From Welwitschia mirabilis (taxonomy: Eukaryota): 41,086 nucleotides of DNA. The stretch covers positions 32,312,804 through 32,353,889 of the forward strand of contig JBOZIK010000001.1 in the NCBI GenBank assembly GCA_051453625.1, in the 5' to 3' direction. Each line of letters begins with the position of its first letter. Positions within the stretch are counted from its first letter, which is position 1. The position numbers and the translations under genes are program-made. The notes below the pieces were generated by a model. It had not been told where the DNA came from. It did no database searches and saw only the letters and a list, made by a program, of their open reading frames with translations. Positions 13,459-27,092 of this stretch are shown here, one piece after another.

Positions 13459-14944
13459 TAGCTTCCTACTTAGCCTTTGTCAATCCCTAATAAAATGAGA
13501 TGAACAACTACAATTATAAGCCAAATTATCTTAAAAAAATAAATTTTAAAATTATAAAATAGACTCATGAATAATCTCTAACATATTACATAACAAAATA
13601 ACATGTAACACATCATATGTATGGAGTAAAAATTGAAAAAATTATGTCTCATAAAAGCTCTAAAATAATCCAAAAAATTTTGAAAATGAGTCCCACCCTC
13701 CCTTACGAAAAACAATATGTCCTATATTGGCTAATGAATCAAAGAAATCATATGAAAATTATTATGTATAAACAAGAAGATGGATGAGAGGTGTTTTTGA
13801 ATTTTAACATTTGATAAATTAAGAATAAAGTTGAATGTAAAAATGTTAGATTTAAAAAATAGAGATGTTAAGATTCTACAATGATAAGAAAATAGAAAAA
13901 TGACTTCGAAATAACTAACTAAGTAACCAAAAAAAAATAATGGAAATAAGAAATGTAAAGAATATATCCTACCTGATCTAAATTTTAATCTAGTGAACTC
14001 CTGTGGAAGAAATCATAACATCACTTGATTTAAAAATGCATGAGAAATGTATAAATATGTAAAATTTCATATGATAAGGTAGTGATTATGACGATGCTAA
14101 AAATCAAATGCTTTAAACAATAAGTGATAAGATTAAAGAGTTTCTTAAAAATGAACTTACCTACTTGTATCTCAAAACAAACACTTGAAGCCTGAGAAAT
14201 GAAATGATCATCTGGAAAGACTAGAAATCTGAAAAATAAGAAATACCTCTAATGATACTAATAATACTACTAATTTTATTACATTAAAGTTTTTATTATT
14301 TTATTATCCATGATGAGGAGAGTATAACTACAATCATAAAATTAAAAACCTATAAAGCATGACTAACAATCATAAAAGTAAAAACCTATAAAGCATGGCT
14401 AACTAACTTCCTAGTAGAGTCCCCATAGCTACCATATTAGACTACCAAAGGCTTGTCTCAAGAAAATTTACCTTGATGTACTTATGGTAGGACATCATGA
14501 TCTTATTTTACTCTCTTCTTTTTGTTTCTTCTTTTTTCTCTTTTTTCCCCCACAAAATTCTAAATTATTAAATACTTCAAAAGATGAAGAAAAAGTAATA
14601 AAACAAAAGATAGAAAAAAACCCCCTTAAACAATCTAAGATCTTTTATCATTTGAAAGAAATATAAGAAATAAATCATCTTCCTTAAAAACAAAGTTCAT
14701 AGATGTGTGAATGTCTTAAGATTGGCTAAATCTAATCTTATCACTATTAACTACCAAAGTACAAAGATCAATTATGAAAATAAAATAAATATATAAGTCA
14801 TGTCTGAAATATGATCAAGTAATATCATAATGACCTCCAAAGAAATAAGATAATAGAACATTTAGATAATGATAGGGAAGAAGTTCTTCTCATCAAGAAG
14901 AACTTATAAGGCCAATGCTTCTATCATGTTTATATTAAAAGGTT

Positions 14945-17900
14945 GCTCATATATTTTCAACCTTTATCCATTAACTTTCTAAATTTCTTTACTGGTTAAG
15001 TTAGAAATCTTGATAAAGCCATTAGAATTTACTTTCTCAATAAGGTAAGGATCTAATAATTTTTAAGTTAACTTATTATGTAGAAGATGCACTCTAGTAT
15101 TACATAATAAGACTAGTTAACTAGGTTAAAAGTTCTTATGGATTAGTGTTTTATCATGTTTAATCTTACTTTGGACTTTGTGAGTAAGTTAATGATGAAT
15201 AGATCAACTTGTTTTTTATTTAAATAATCTAATTAAGCTAAATACGTTTTAAGACTTTCTTGTAAATTCACAAGATTAATTTAATATGTAGAATGATAAG
15301 AATTATAATAAACATAAATAGTTTAAAAAAACAAACTTTACCATATACAAGTGTATAAGGTGAAAAATCAAGTGAATTACACCAAGAGGTATTTTAAGCC
15401 CAAAGAACATCATTCATTTTAAAATACCATAACTTCTTATTGGTAGAGATAAGTTCTTACAACTCTTTCTAAATTTTTCTATTAGCATTTTTAGTTTGTC
15501 CATTGGTTTGAGGATAATAAGCATAAGATACTCTATGTTCTATTCCAATGAGTAAGAGAAGTTTTCAAAAAAATATGGTTAATGAAATGAGTTCCTTGAT
15601 CACTAATAATTATTTGAGGAAAGCTAAAATATTGAAAAATTTAAGTTCTAATAAAGTTACAAATGGTTTAAGCATCATTTAAGGTAGTAAGAACTGCTTT
15701 AACTTATTTAGTCACATAATTAATAGCTACTAAAATGTAATTTTTCTCTTTAAAATATGGTTTTATTGGGCCTATGAAATTGATTTCCTAATAATTAAAA
15801 GGTCCACATTCAAAAATAGATTTTAGGGGTATTTCTTGTAATTGTAAAAGAATACCAAAACATTAACACGCATTGCACCTTTTAGCATAATCAAAAGAGT
15901 CCTGAAAAATACTAGGTCAATAAAATATAGAGTGAAAAATTTTTATGGTTGTTTTCTAATAGCTAAAATGCCCATCACAAACACAACTATGATAAAGATG
16001 AAGGATATCAAATTTTTTTTCAATTCTAGTATACATTTTCTCATAATTGGATCCTTACACCTACAATAAAGATGGGATGTTATAGTTACTTATCCTATAG
16101 AACAAAGATTTTCTTTGATTATGACTCCAATGTTAAGGTGTTTTTAAAGTAATAAAATAATTAACAATATTATCATACCATGGAGGGGGATAAGTAAAAA
16201 TACAAAAAATAGTTTTTCATCTAAAAAAATCACTAATAGAAGGATCATTAGAAGAAGAAAAAAGGTGTGATAAGTGATCTGCTATGTTGTGATGGTATCC
16301 TGCCTTATCTATAATGATGAGATTAAATTCTTTCATTAACAAGATGCATCTAATAAACTTAGTACTAGGATCTTTCTTAGTCATCAAGTATTTAATCACC
16401 ACGTGCTCTGTGTAGACATTTGTATGGAAGGCTAAAGATAATGTTTAAGATTATTAAGGTTAAAAATTATGGCTAACATTTTTCTCTTGATAGATGTATA
16501 ATTTTCTTGAGCTATTACAACCTTGAAATCATTTTTGTATTTTTATCAAAGCATCCCATCATACATTAACTCAAAATCTTTCTCCCAATTAAGTCCCATT
16601 ACAATAGGAGCATAAGAGAGTTTATGTTTCAGTTTATTAAAATCAAGCTAGCAATATGTATTTCAATTAAATTTAGCTTCTTTTCCTAGTAAGAAGTATA
16701 GGGTTTACAAATTTTAGCATAATCTTGTATGAAGTGATGGTAAAAACCATAATGTCTAAGATTGAAGTTGCATAACATTAATTTGAGAAGTTAGGTTTTG
16801 AATGATACTAATCTTTTCAAGATCCATCCTAATCCCTTTTTTTGAAATATGGTGGCCTAAAACAAATTTCATTTTTGACTAAAGAAAAGTTCTTTTCCCA
16901 ACTTAAATGAAAGCCACACTCCATGCATCTATCAAGTTTCTAATCTTTCTAAGATTTTATCAAAGATTTCTCCAGAGATTGAAAAGTCATCCATAAAGAT
17001 TTGTATTGATTCTTCTAACATGTCTAAGAAAATGCTCATAATAGTACATGAAAAAGTTTTGGGAGCATTACATAATCCAAAAGATGTTCATTCTCCAAAC
17101 GATAAGGTAAAGTTATTTTGGCCTGGACTTTCCTAGTTACGCAAACCTAGTTATAACTGCTATATTCATCTAAAAAGAAATAGAAAGAATTTCCATGAAT
17201 TCTATTGAGTATCTGGTGGAGAAAGGGTAGAGAACAATGATTCTTTTTTATAACTTCATTCAATTTTCTAAAGTTTATACATATTCTTCATTTTCCATCC
17301 TTCTTTAATTCTACAGTCAAGGGACTAACCATTCACTATCTGATATATTGTAAATAATTTTAAGATTCATTAACTTAATACTTTTTTCTTAACTACTTAT
17401 TTAAGTGCTAGATTTAATCTTCTTTGTGATTGCCTAACAGCCTTTATGTTTTCCTTAAGAGAGATTTTATTCTAAACAATAGAAGGAGGAATAGCAGATA
17501 AATCTTTATCAGACTAAGTGAAAGTATGAATTATGGATGTAAAAAGAAAAATTAAGATTGAATCTTGTTCAAGGAATAGATTCTCATTAATTATTAAACA
17601 TTTGTTCAAATTATTATAGAGAAAAATGTACTTTAGTCCATATAGAATATTTTTCAAATTTAGATTCAAATTGAGATTTCTGGTTTCTGACTTATGTAGT
17701 GGATGATATTCCTCAAAGTGCGAGTTTTCATTTATTGTTAATATTTGAACTTCCTTCCAAACTAAAGTACTATTTATTCTTCATTCTAATTTAAAAATTA
17801 ATTTTCTAAATGCTCAGAGTTATATGAATTAATATATTCTATGTTTTAATTTTAAGTGGATCATCATAAAGCATAGGTTCATATAATAGTATCCATCTTT

Positions 17901-20194
17901 CTTCAAACAGATGATGTTAAAGGAATAAGGTTGGTTTAATTTTATTTTCTACATCCCATTCATCACCTAGGTCTTTCTCAGCTACATCAAAAACTCTTGT
18001 TATTCCCTAGGTGACACTTCATCATTTAGGTTCTTGTATCTATAATGGGCTATTATATAGAAGTATCTTCCTAAAAGTAATGGGTAATATATGTTATGTT
18101 CACCCTCTATGATGACCACATCTATCAAGTAAAATACCACTTTAATTTGAATTACTAAATCTTTGATAACCCATAAGGGTTTCTTAACTAATGTGTCTAC
18201 TAATTCTAAGAGAATCGAGTAGATTCTATTCTATCTTCTAAACTAAGTCTCTTACAAATATGTAATGGTATGATGTTGATACCCACTCTTATGTTAATTA
18301 AATATCTTTTAATTCTTCTATCTCCCTCTAATGTAATACTCACTGTTTCTGCCTCTAGATTCCTAAAGTTTTAGGTCTTTTTATAGCTTAGAGTATTTTG
18401 AATTTTCTTGCAAAAGTTTCTAGAATCATAAGTTTATATTAAAATTTTGCATTAAGGTATTGAGATGTCCATCAAAAGTTGAATTAGTATTAAGCCTATC
18501 AAGCCAAGAGGTAGCTAGTTTATTTTTTATTTATTATGAATAATTTTTCTTTTTACTTTTTTAAGAGAAGGGAAGTTGATATTTTCTAATATTTGATGTC
18601 CTATTTTTCTTCATCATTTCTAATATCATTTTAGAAGGTTGATGCTTCATAAGGAGGAGGGTTTGCTTCATGCCCACTTAATGTTACAATCTTGTAGTCT
18701 TTTCTTAATTCATTGGAATTTGGTAGAGGTTGTATTACTAATGATCCTTACAGTTTTTGGTTTGACAACATGGTTTGTTAATTCTAGAGTTTTTCTTTTC
18801 TTGTGATTTTGTAAGTTCATCTATAGAATTTCTACATGAATCATCTCGATGTTAAAAGTTTGATAAACTTGATTAAAAGTTTGAATTTTCAATTTTTAAA
18901 AGGTTAAAAATTGTTTTAAAAATTTTTGAGTTTGTAATCAAAAGTTTGAAAATTGAATTATATATTCATCTTGGGTTATAACTGGTTTTGATTTCAGTTG
19001 TGATTTCTAAAGTTTGAAAATTTGCTATTGAAAGCATAAACATCTTCATACATTTTCTCCTTGTATGTTGGCAATAGTGGATAATCCTTGATTATGTGAT
19101 AGTCACCCTCGCATAAGTCACACATTGGCACAACACTTTTCTCAGTTGCTGATTTTGCATCTAGAATCATCTGAATGTACTTCTCTAAGGTTGTTGTAAA
19201 TTCTTTAATCAAATTTGTAGGGTTTTCTTATGTTTTATCTACCTTCTTTTCTTATTTTTCTTCTTTCAATCTTTGATGATTTATCCTACAGTGTGATTAT
19301 CTCTCGATGTTGCCAAGTTTGACTCACCTTTATAAGTTCTTCTAATTTTTTATAGGAATTTTATAATATGAGGTTCATTATGTTTCCACCATAAGATAAA
19401 TCTATGTGTTGTTTTATTTGGCTATTAGAACCACTATAAAAGTAATCTATTGGATCTTCTTATGTAAAATCATCTATTAGATTAGAGTGAATTATGATAA
19501 AGAAGTGTTCGTAAGTAGAAGAATAATCCTTGTTTATCTGTTATTGGAAATTTGTTACTTTTTTCTCTTTTTCTAATAGTTACTTCACTCATAAATCTTT
19601 TAATGAATGCTTCCTGGACTTAATTCCAAGTATTTAGAGTCTTGTACAGTATAGTTTTTAACCAAAGTTTTACCTTTCCTTTTAATGTAATTAGAAAAAT
19701 GACCATATGTGTGTGATCACTAATTCTTTTCTTTCTATTTCCTGAGGTAAGAACTACCTATTCAATGTCTATAATGTAATGTATTAGAGGGGATCCTCAT
19801 TGTGTTTGCCACTAAAGATGGTATAGGCATCTAAATTATTTAATTCAACATCATCTCTTGGCGATAAATCAAAAGGAGTTTGTATTTCTCATTTCCTATT
19901 AGATATTAATTTCTTAAGGATAAGGTATGCATTAGGACAAGGGGTTGAAGATCCTAAGACTTGTTTTTGCTTTTGCATAGTGTTTGACATATTAAAACTA
20001 CCTTCTTCTAAATTAACTTCTTAAAAATCTTCTTTTAAGGAATTAAATTTTAAAAAAATAAAATTAGAAGGAATATTATATGTTTGAAGATTATGTACCT
20101 AATTCGATTTTGAAGTTAATTAGTCCTTCTCTAATGTTTTCTTCTATTAGTAGCCTTTCTTTCTAATATTTCATTTCTTAATTGATCATGTCAT
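14945..20194 (-). pseudogene. gag-pol of the Athila-like gypsy (many stops and frameshifts)
   Basis: MT*S start at 20194; IFSGKHNEDP (~19820-19790); CDLCEGDYH gag finger; protease remnant ~18370-18040; RT FMDDFS (16997-16980); RNase H KYLMTKKD...IADHLS; integrase HSVVCDGHF, CNAC, INFIGP; terminal KVNG*RLKIYE (~14977-14947). Confidence 0.92.
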
Positions 20195-21213
20195 AGCATT
20201 CACCAAATTAAAAACAATAAGTCATAAAATTAAAAATAAATAATAGTCATCCTATTAGTTATGAGGACGACATACGGGATGATAAAAACAAAAAGTAGAA
20301 ATAGAAAATCAAAAATTAATAGAAACTAAAAAATAAACATAGAGGCTACCATCCTCCTTGTCGTGGGGATGACAAGTAAGATAGTAGCTATAAAAATTAA
20401 AGTAAAAATTTCACAGAAAAAAAATAAAATGAAAAATGTATGTTATTATTTCCAATGTCATCTAAACAATAGAGAGGATGACAGACTATTATTATAGATT
20501 GAGAAAAAATAAAAGCTGCAAACTAAAAATCTATAATTCCTAAATAGAAATACAAGGTCACTACAGACAAATATTCAAACTTNNNNNNNNNNNNNNNNNN
20601 NNNNNNNNNNNNNNNNNNNNNNNNNNNNNNNNNNNNNNNNNNNNNNNNNNNNNNNNNNNNNNNNNNNNNNNNNNNNNNNNNNNNNNNNNNNNNNNNNNNN
20701 NNNNNNNNNNNNNNNNNNNNNNNNNNNNNNNNNNNNNNNNNNNNNNNNNNNNNNNNNNNNNNNNNNNNNNNNNNNNNNNNNNNNNNNNNNNNNNNNNNNN
20801 NNNNNNNNNNNNNNNNNNNNNNNNNNNNNNNNNNNNNNNNNNNNNNNNNNNNNNNNNNNNNNNNNNNNNNNNNNNNNNNNNNNNNNNNNNNNNNNNNNNN
20901 NNNNNNNNNNNNNNNNNNNNNNNNNNNNNNNNNNNNNNNNNNNNNNNNNNNNNNNNNNNNNNNNNNNNNNNNNNNNNNNNNNNNNNNNNNNNNNNNNNNN
21001 NNNNNNNNNNNNNNNNNNNNNNNNNNNNNNNNNNNNNNNNNNNNNNNNNNNNNNNNNNNNNNNNNNNNNNNNNNNNNNNNNNNNNNNNNNNNNNNNNNNN
21101 NNNNNNNNNNNNNNNNNNNNNNNNNNNNNNNNNNNNNNNNNNNNNNNNNNNNNNNNNNNNNNNNNNNNNNNNNNNNNNNNNNNNNNNNNNNNNNNNNNNN
21201 NNNNNNNNNNNNN

Positions 21214-22393
21214 TATTAATTACAAATAGATATATTGCAAAATATAACACTCTAATATAAATGGAAGTGACCCAAATTTCATAAGTCCATTGAAGCCATG
21301 CGAGAGGAGGAGAAGAAGAAGAATTGATTTTTAAGGAGAATATATCCAAAACTTAGAAATAATATATAAATAAATATGTAATGCAACACAAATTCAATCT
21401 ATCCTAGACAAATATCTATCTAATTATCAAATCGACTTATCAAAGAAATTGGCTCTATATAACCTAAATCAGCCACAGGGACTATCATTAGCTAAGATCA
21501 ACTTAGGATATTAAGGAAGTTGAATAGTGTAATGTAAACTACTTCTAAACTACTATTGTCACCCTTAATGAAGGTTGTCCTTAAGACATATATCATTAAT
21601 AAAACTATCACTGAATTAAAATGATAACATAAATTGTAAGGGATATTAAACAATATTAAAAACAAATAGAGTTTTATATTAAGAATTGAATTAGCATCTA
21701 GGTTACAAAATAGTTGCACTCAATGGAGGATGCACAACCTTTTACTAAGAAAATGCCTTTCTGCAACTCACAAGATGGATCTCTAGTCCTTTTATCTCCT
21801 ATCACAATAATTTTTTGTGCATTAAATATGATGGGAGGATGATAGGAGTGGTTTATTTTTACAACACAGAAGGTGAAACCGTCATTTAAAATGCATTGAA
21901 AAACATGCTTCAATCTAATAAAAATGGATGGAATGGGTGAAAGTTAGTTAGTTATTTCAAGTATCGTCTTGAATGTCATGGGAATGATAAAGGGACAATG
22001 GTACATGCATTATGACTTGACATCCTTCATGTCATGGATATGACCAAGGGGATGACACCTAGTCTTCATTGATTCTAGCTCTAGTCCACATTAGCATCTA
22101 AGTTGGCTTATGCAGGCTATCATCCTACCTATCATGAGGACAACAATGGGGACAATAATCCTCTTTATTTTTTCAACTCAATAAAATCTATCCTCTAGCA
22201 TTGCTCATCTTCATCTAAATTATTGAGCATCATAATAGGCCTAAAAATGCCTCTAAGCATGCCAAGAATTATGTTTTTCTATGATTATCCATCAACTCTT
22301 CATAATCATCAGAATTCCATCTAAATCTATATAAATGTACTACAAAATATCTCATAACACCCCATTAAATACATACATTTTGGTAGTACATGA
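21214..22393 (-). repeat. 5' LTR of the Athila-like element (inner end and PBS hidden in the N gap 20583-21213)
   Basis: Aligns with the split LTR at 10984-13458; flanked by TSD AAGAT. Confidence 0.88.
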
Positions 22394-23139
22394 AAGATGA
22401 AGGTAAGCAATACATGAGTGATTTAGATCTTAGTGATTAGATCCTTCTATTAATGTCTAAAAAGGGGGATAATTATATAGCAAATCAGTGATAGATCAAT
22501 TGGATACTTCACTATGAGATCTTGCATTGAATCCAAGAGCATTATCATTATATTAATAACCCCTTCTTAACATTTTGAGATACATTCATGTTGTTTAACC
22601 CTTTTTAATATTATGCCTGTTATTACATGTATTGTGTTTGATACATTTATCATTCTTATCTTATGATTTCATTTACACACTTTTTCATATATAATATTTT
22701 GATCACTTAGCAACCTAGATATTTTCATATGATGTTAGTACAACTTCCATTGGTTATGATATAATGATTAGCATACAATTAAACTTCATACTCTAAAAAT
22801 GATATATTTCCATTAGTATATTGCAATTAAGAGATTATAAAATGTTTATGTGATTTAGTTTTTATATACATTGGTGAATGGCAAATACATTGATCTATCA
22901 TCTATTTTTGTGCCTTTTTGCAAAGTTTCTTAAATAATTCTAAATATATCTTATTCTGATTTTTCAAGTGATATATATATCCATGTGGTTTTTCTGATTT
23001 CAAGTGTCATATATCATAATTATTATAATAAGTTATCATGTGCATTCCATTAGAATAAAAATGTTTGATTTCAATTGATTAGTTCAGATTTAACTAATGA
23101 GATTTTCCAAGTTTTAGACATCATCAAAAATAGGGAGAT

Positions 23140-24072
23140 TGTTAGAAAATCTAGTTTTGATGATTCCACTTGTCAAACATTTTATGTCATTGTGTAGATA
23201 GGTATTATAGTAAATTAAACCTTGAAAGAACTAGATCATGAGGGAGATTTAAAGGTAATATCTTACAAAAAAGATTAGATGCTTTACTACAAAATCAATT
23301 GTTTAAAGACATGTAAGAAATGAAAGACATCTTGAATTAAGATGACTATAAAAATCAAGATGTCTTGAAATTACTAAACTGAAATAGGTAATAAAGTAAA
23401 TTTGATTTTAACTAAAATCTTATATTTCAGATAAGTAATAAACTTACAGATTACAGATTTATGATTGAAAAGGTCCAAGGATACTATAGTGTAAAACTCA
23501 TCAAAATATAAGCAAGTTGACTTAAGACATCTATAGAAGTAAAGAAGTCTAGAATGAAAATGTATAGTTAAGATGTCTAGAATTAAGGCATTTAAAACAT
23601 TCAAGACGTCTTGAATCAAATTTCACATTAATGAAAAGTAAAGTTATGCACTCGAAGCATAGACGTTGACTATCTATGGCATGGGGGTTATAAATTCAAA
23701 TAGCTACTTTCAAGCTTAGACAGCTAGATCTTCTTAAACCCTATAATACATCGACATCTTAAAATAAAGAAAACCTTTTGGTACTTCATTGAATTAATCA
23801 AAAATACAGATCTCCAAACATAGGAGTTAAGGAAAACTATCACGAAGAAATCAAAGGATCCATTGGCAAGAAGATAATATTGTTTCCATCTCTTGTAGTT
23901 CAAGAATATCCGAAGATGTTAGTAGAATCTATCCTCTTTGTATGGATGTATCAAGGTTGCGGATCCATGTTATTTGGTAAGGTTTTTTGTTATGATTTTT
24001 ATTCTTGTTGAGTTTAATTTTCATTTGGTGGAACTCATTCATCTCTCCCCCCTGAGTTTAAATTGATCCTCA
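23140..24072 (+). repeat. 3' LTR (~930 bp) of the outer Sirevirus-like copia
   Basis: TG...CA termini after the PPT; 3' end matches window 1-99; contains repeated AAGACGTCTT-derived motifs (intact at 23604-23613) and TATAAAT at ~23689. Confidence 0.85.
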
Positions 24073-25800
24073 TTTTTTCTTCCATTTTTAGTTTTTCCTC
24101 AATAATCTTTTGAGCTATTTCATTTTCTATTTTTTGTTTAGGCTCTTACAATCCTAAATCTTTATTTTTTATGGTAATAATAATAATACTTATAGAAGTT
24201 TAAAACTGTTTATAATTCATAGATGCCTGGTAAGACCTTTCAAAGTAAGCTCTTAATCTACCATCAATATCACTTTTAAAGGCTTTATATCTATGAGGTG
24301 ATGGTGGTGCTTCCATTTTCTTACTCAACTATTGATCACTCAAATATTAATTTCTCTTAATAAATGATCTCTCTAATAGTAATCTCAAAAATGATGGTTC
24401 ATAAAGTGTCTAGACTAATACTAGTTTTTAATAGTTATTTCTATCCTAAATGATAAAATTGCAATATATGTAACACTCAAACCATGTAAATATTCTTTTC
24501 TTATGTGATTAAAGATAACTTAAAGAAATACTTTATTTCAAATTTTCTATGTACATATTTACAAGATTTAGGGGAAAATTTACCACTAGAAATCCTAATT
24601 AAAATCTCTCTCAACTTTGAAGAGAAAATTATATATTGGTCTAATAATTTTTTTGAAACATAAGTAGAAAGATTTGAATAATGTTCAAAGTTACTTATTT
24701 TAGAAATAACTGAAGTAATTTATCAAAAAAACGCACACTTTTTATTTTAGAAAATAGGTCATTCACGTAGAATTTTTATCTTCTAAATTGAAATAAATAA
24801 TTAAATTTCTATAACTTGCTAGGTTATAATACTAAAAAGATACCCAAATATAGAGAAATTATTTTCCCATCTTGCTAAGGTGAGATTATTAGAAAGTATT
24901 TAAAATCATTTAGCAAAATCTCAAAAAGTAATACTCCTATGTTGACTACTCTTCTAATTACATTAAGTATAACTTCATTATAGAAAACGTATTTTTCAAG
25001 AACTTAAAAATATTTTTGCACAAGTTAAAATATTTCCCTTTGTATCTATTTAACAACTTAAAAGTAACTTTAATAGTTAGAATTCATTTAGAACCATGTC
25101 CCATGTTTTCTTCTTTATTTAGCTTTAGATTCTTCTTTGTCACTTATGATTCATAACATTTTTTTTTAGTTTATTTTTAATAAGAATAATATCAATCTTT
25201 GTTAACATTATAATCAAACAATTAATAAATGCATATTTTATACTATAGGGCTATCATCCATTACTGTAATTATCTAGATGGATAATAACGTTCTTCTCTT
25301 TAAATATTTTATTTTTGATCTCTTTAAAGGTTTTGATATTTAATAAAATAAAATAATTTCACTTAATAGTAAAAGAATTTGAATTGTTCAGAATTGTTAA
25401 CAAGGGCTTGTGTATACACTAAATTATAATTTAGAAAGAAGTGGATACATGCACAATTCATAACTTTCATATTTTCTTTAATTATAAGTGAAGGATAATC
25501 ACCTTCATTTAATTTTAAGTTCATACTTCTAAAATTAATATGTAAGTAATTCTATCTAAATTTCTTCCTAACATGTAGTAATTTCAATATTCATTTTGAA
25601 TTTTTATATGCATAAATATTTTTAATTTCAAGATTTGGCTAATTTTATTATTCATTAAGGATTCCATTGCAAATTTAATGCTTTGAGATATTTCATACAT
25701 GTCCTGATATCTAATAAGAATGAAATATTAAAAAAGTGAATTTATATACATATGTACTAATTAATTCTATGCTTTCAAATCAAGATGAAAATTAAACAAT
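24073..25800 (-). pseudogene. Fossil gene copy A, NLR-like (putative end of NB-ARC plus LRR), cut by the outer copia
   Basis: 24073-25230 is a diverged direct repeat of 30350-31530. Minus strand gives DLKA*N*LVHMYINSLF (RNBS-D-like), FAMESLMNNK, KFKMN/MLGRNL (MHD-like, frameshifted) and KKLLDQYIIFSSKLREIL (LRR-like). Confidence 0.45.
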
Positions 25801-26084
25801 GATAATCACAGTATAGAAATGAGAAAGAAGAGTAGCAGAGGGGCATGGGCTTTAACATCTTGGTGAAGAATCACAAGCACATGTAAGACTTGAACATAGC
25901 TCCTACTTTTATATGTGTTATCAAAGGGTTTTATTCAATCAAGAAAACTAGTAACTATAGTAAGTGCAACAAGTTTCTAAGAATCAACTTGTTCATTAAT
26001 TTAAATAATAATACTTATAATTATAAAAATGAAAAAGGAAAACAATTAGAATAGTCTTGCAATCAAAATAAATGTTTTCATTGA

Positions 26085-26640
26085 AATCTATTTATTAGAT
26101 ATAGCCCATTTATATAAGTCATTACATATGAGAGTTTATTGGTTGGATGTTTTTGAAAATAGTTACTCTATGGATCTAATTGGGGGAACATTGAATTAAA
26201 ACCATTTAGTGACCATAACTTCCCCTTAAAGTATAACAAACATGATGAGCAAAATGAATAATTCAATTATGACCATGGCCTTATAATGGACCAAAAAAGG
26301 CATCCATATATTTGAACCCACATATTCCTAAACGAAAGAGAAAACTAGCACTACATGCGAATCATAAAATACGACTAGATTCTATCTTGAAAATTTTAAA
26401 TAAGTGTACTTAATATGTCAAATGTAGAAGAGAGGAATTAGGAAAAGGATGTATTAGACTTACAAAAAGGCAAATAAAAGAATGGTTAATTATAACCTTG
26501 TTTATTGTCTTGTAAGAGCATGTAAGACCATTAGAGATAACATAGCATGAATAGTCTAGTTTCTAAGTAAATGGTAGAAAAATTATATTTGGAGATTACC
26601 CCTTCTATAGTATGACCTTGAAATTTCATGCTTGATAGTT
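26085..26640 (+). pseudogene. Possible decayed LINE endonuclease fragment
   Basis: LYGSNWGNIELKPFSDHNFPLKY...FNYDHGLIMDQ: an SDH motif followed by an FxF-like segment, as at the end of APE endonuclease domains; weak. Confidence 0.3.
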
Positions 26641-26785
26641 TTTAGAGTTAAGAGAAGTAACAAATTGTTATGTAGGAGTTCTGTTAATGATTTGTTATGA
26701 AGCAAACTATTAGCAAAAAGATAAGTCATTTAACTATTTTTTTACCAATTTGCTTCTCTCTTAAGAAAGTGAGCATATAGAAAAA

Positions 26786-27092
26786 TTTCTAAACATAAAG
26801 AGAAGAAAACAAGTGGAGGTTTATATTTCCCTTTATTAGTGTTGACACTTTTTTAAAGATAAAGTTAATGGTTTTCATACTTTTCTAAAAACAAAGTCAA
26901 GAAAACATAACTTTCTGAAAATAAAGTTAAGAAAATAGGTACAATATTTTTTTAAAAAAAAAAAAGAAAGAAGAACAAAGAAAAACGAAGTAAAGGATCC
27001 ATATATCACTTTAATGGTGTTTACATGTTTCTAAGAATAAAGAGAGGAAAACAAATGGTGGATTCATATTTCATTTTAATGGTGTTCACACT
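26786..27092. repeat. Degenerate ~60-bp tandem repeats upstream of the dynamin gene
   Basis: Unit TTTCTAA.AATAAAGAGARGAAAACAA.TGG.GGATT.ATATTTC..TTTAATGGTGTT.ACAC at ~26786, ~26975 (partial) and ~27029, plus partial units at 26865-26940. Confidence 0.65.

Larger units (their letters stand above)
10984..22393 (-). mobile_element. Athila-like Ty3/gypsy LTR retrotransposon, full length, decayed
   Basis: TSD AAGAT at 10979-10983 and 22394-22398; ~1.23-kb LTRs (10984-11675 plus 12920-13458, and gap/21214-22393); order gag-PR-RT-RH-INT on the minus strand. Confidence 0.92.
8643..22447 (+). pseudogene. env-like ORF of the outer element (plant transposon protein / Transposase_32-like), interrupted by an N gap and by the gypsy at 10984-22393
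   Basis: VVRNFYANIHEIDD...INSLLG at 8866-8990 resembles the LVREFYAN motif; IDLGFMLYMDI...FISYHL after the gap; the acidic DEDDEED|EGKQ rejoins across TSD AAGAT; start probably ATG>ATA at 8643. Confidence 0.6.
1..24072 (+). mobile_element. Outer Ty1/copia LTR retrotransposon, Sirevirus (SIRE/Maximus)-like, decayed, apparently pol-less; 5' end runs off the window; contains two nested elements
   Basis: 1-99 aligns to the LTR end at ~23975-24072. Decayed PBS TGATATTAAAAT (102-113; cf. TGGTATCAGAGC). Gag remnants and an env-like ORF. Internal PPT-like AAAAAGGGGGA (~22459-22469) and terminal CATCATCAAAAATAGGGAGAT|TGTTAG (23119-23145), matching the Sirevirus PPT signature. Confidence 0.8.

Noticed and set aside
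25265-25320. KNVIIHLDN as NB-ARC kinase-2 motif
   Set aside because: No P-loop remnant upstream, and it lies downstream of the MHD-like segment, which is the wrong order
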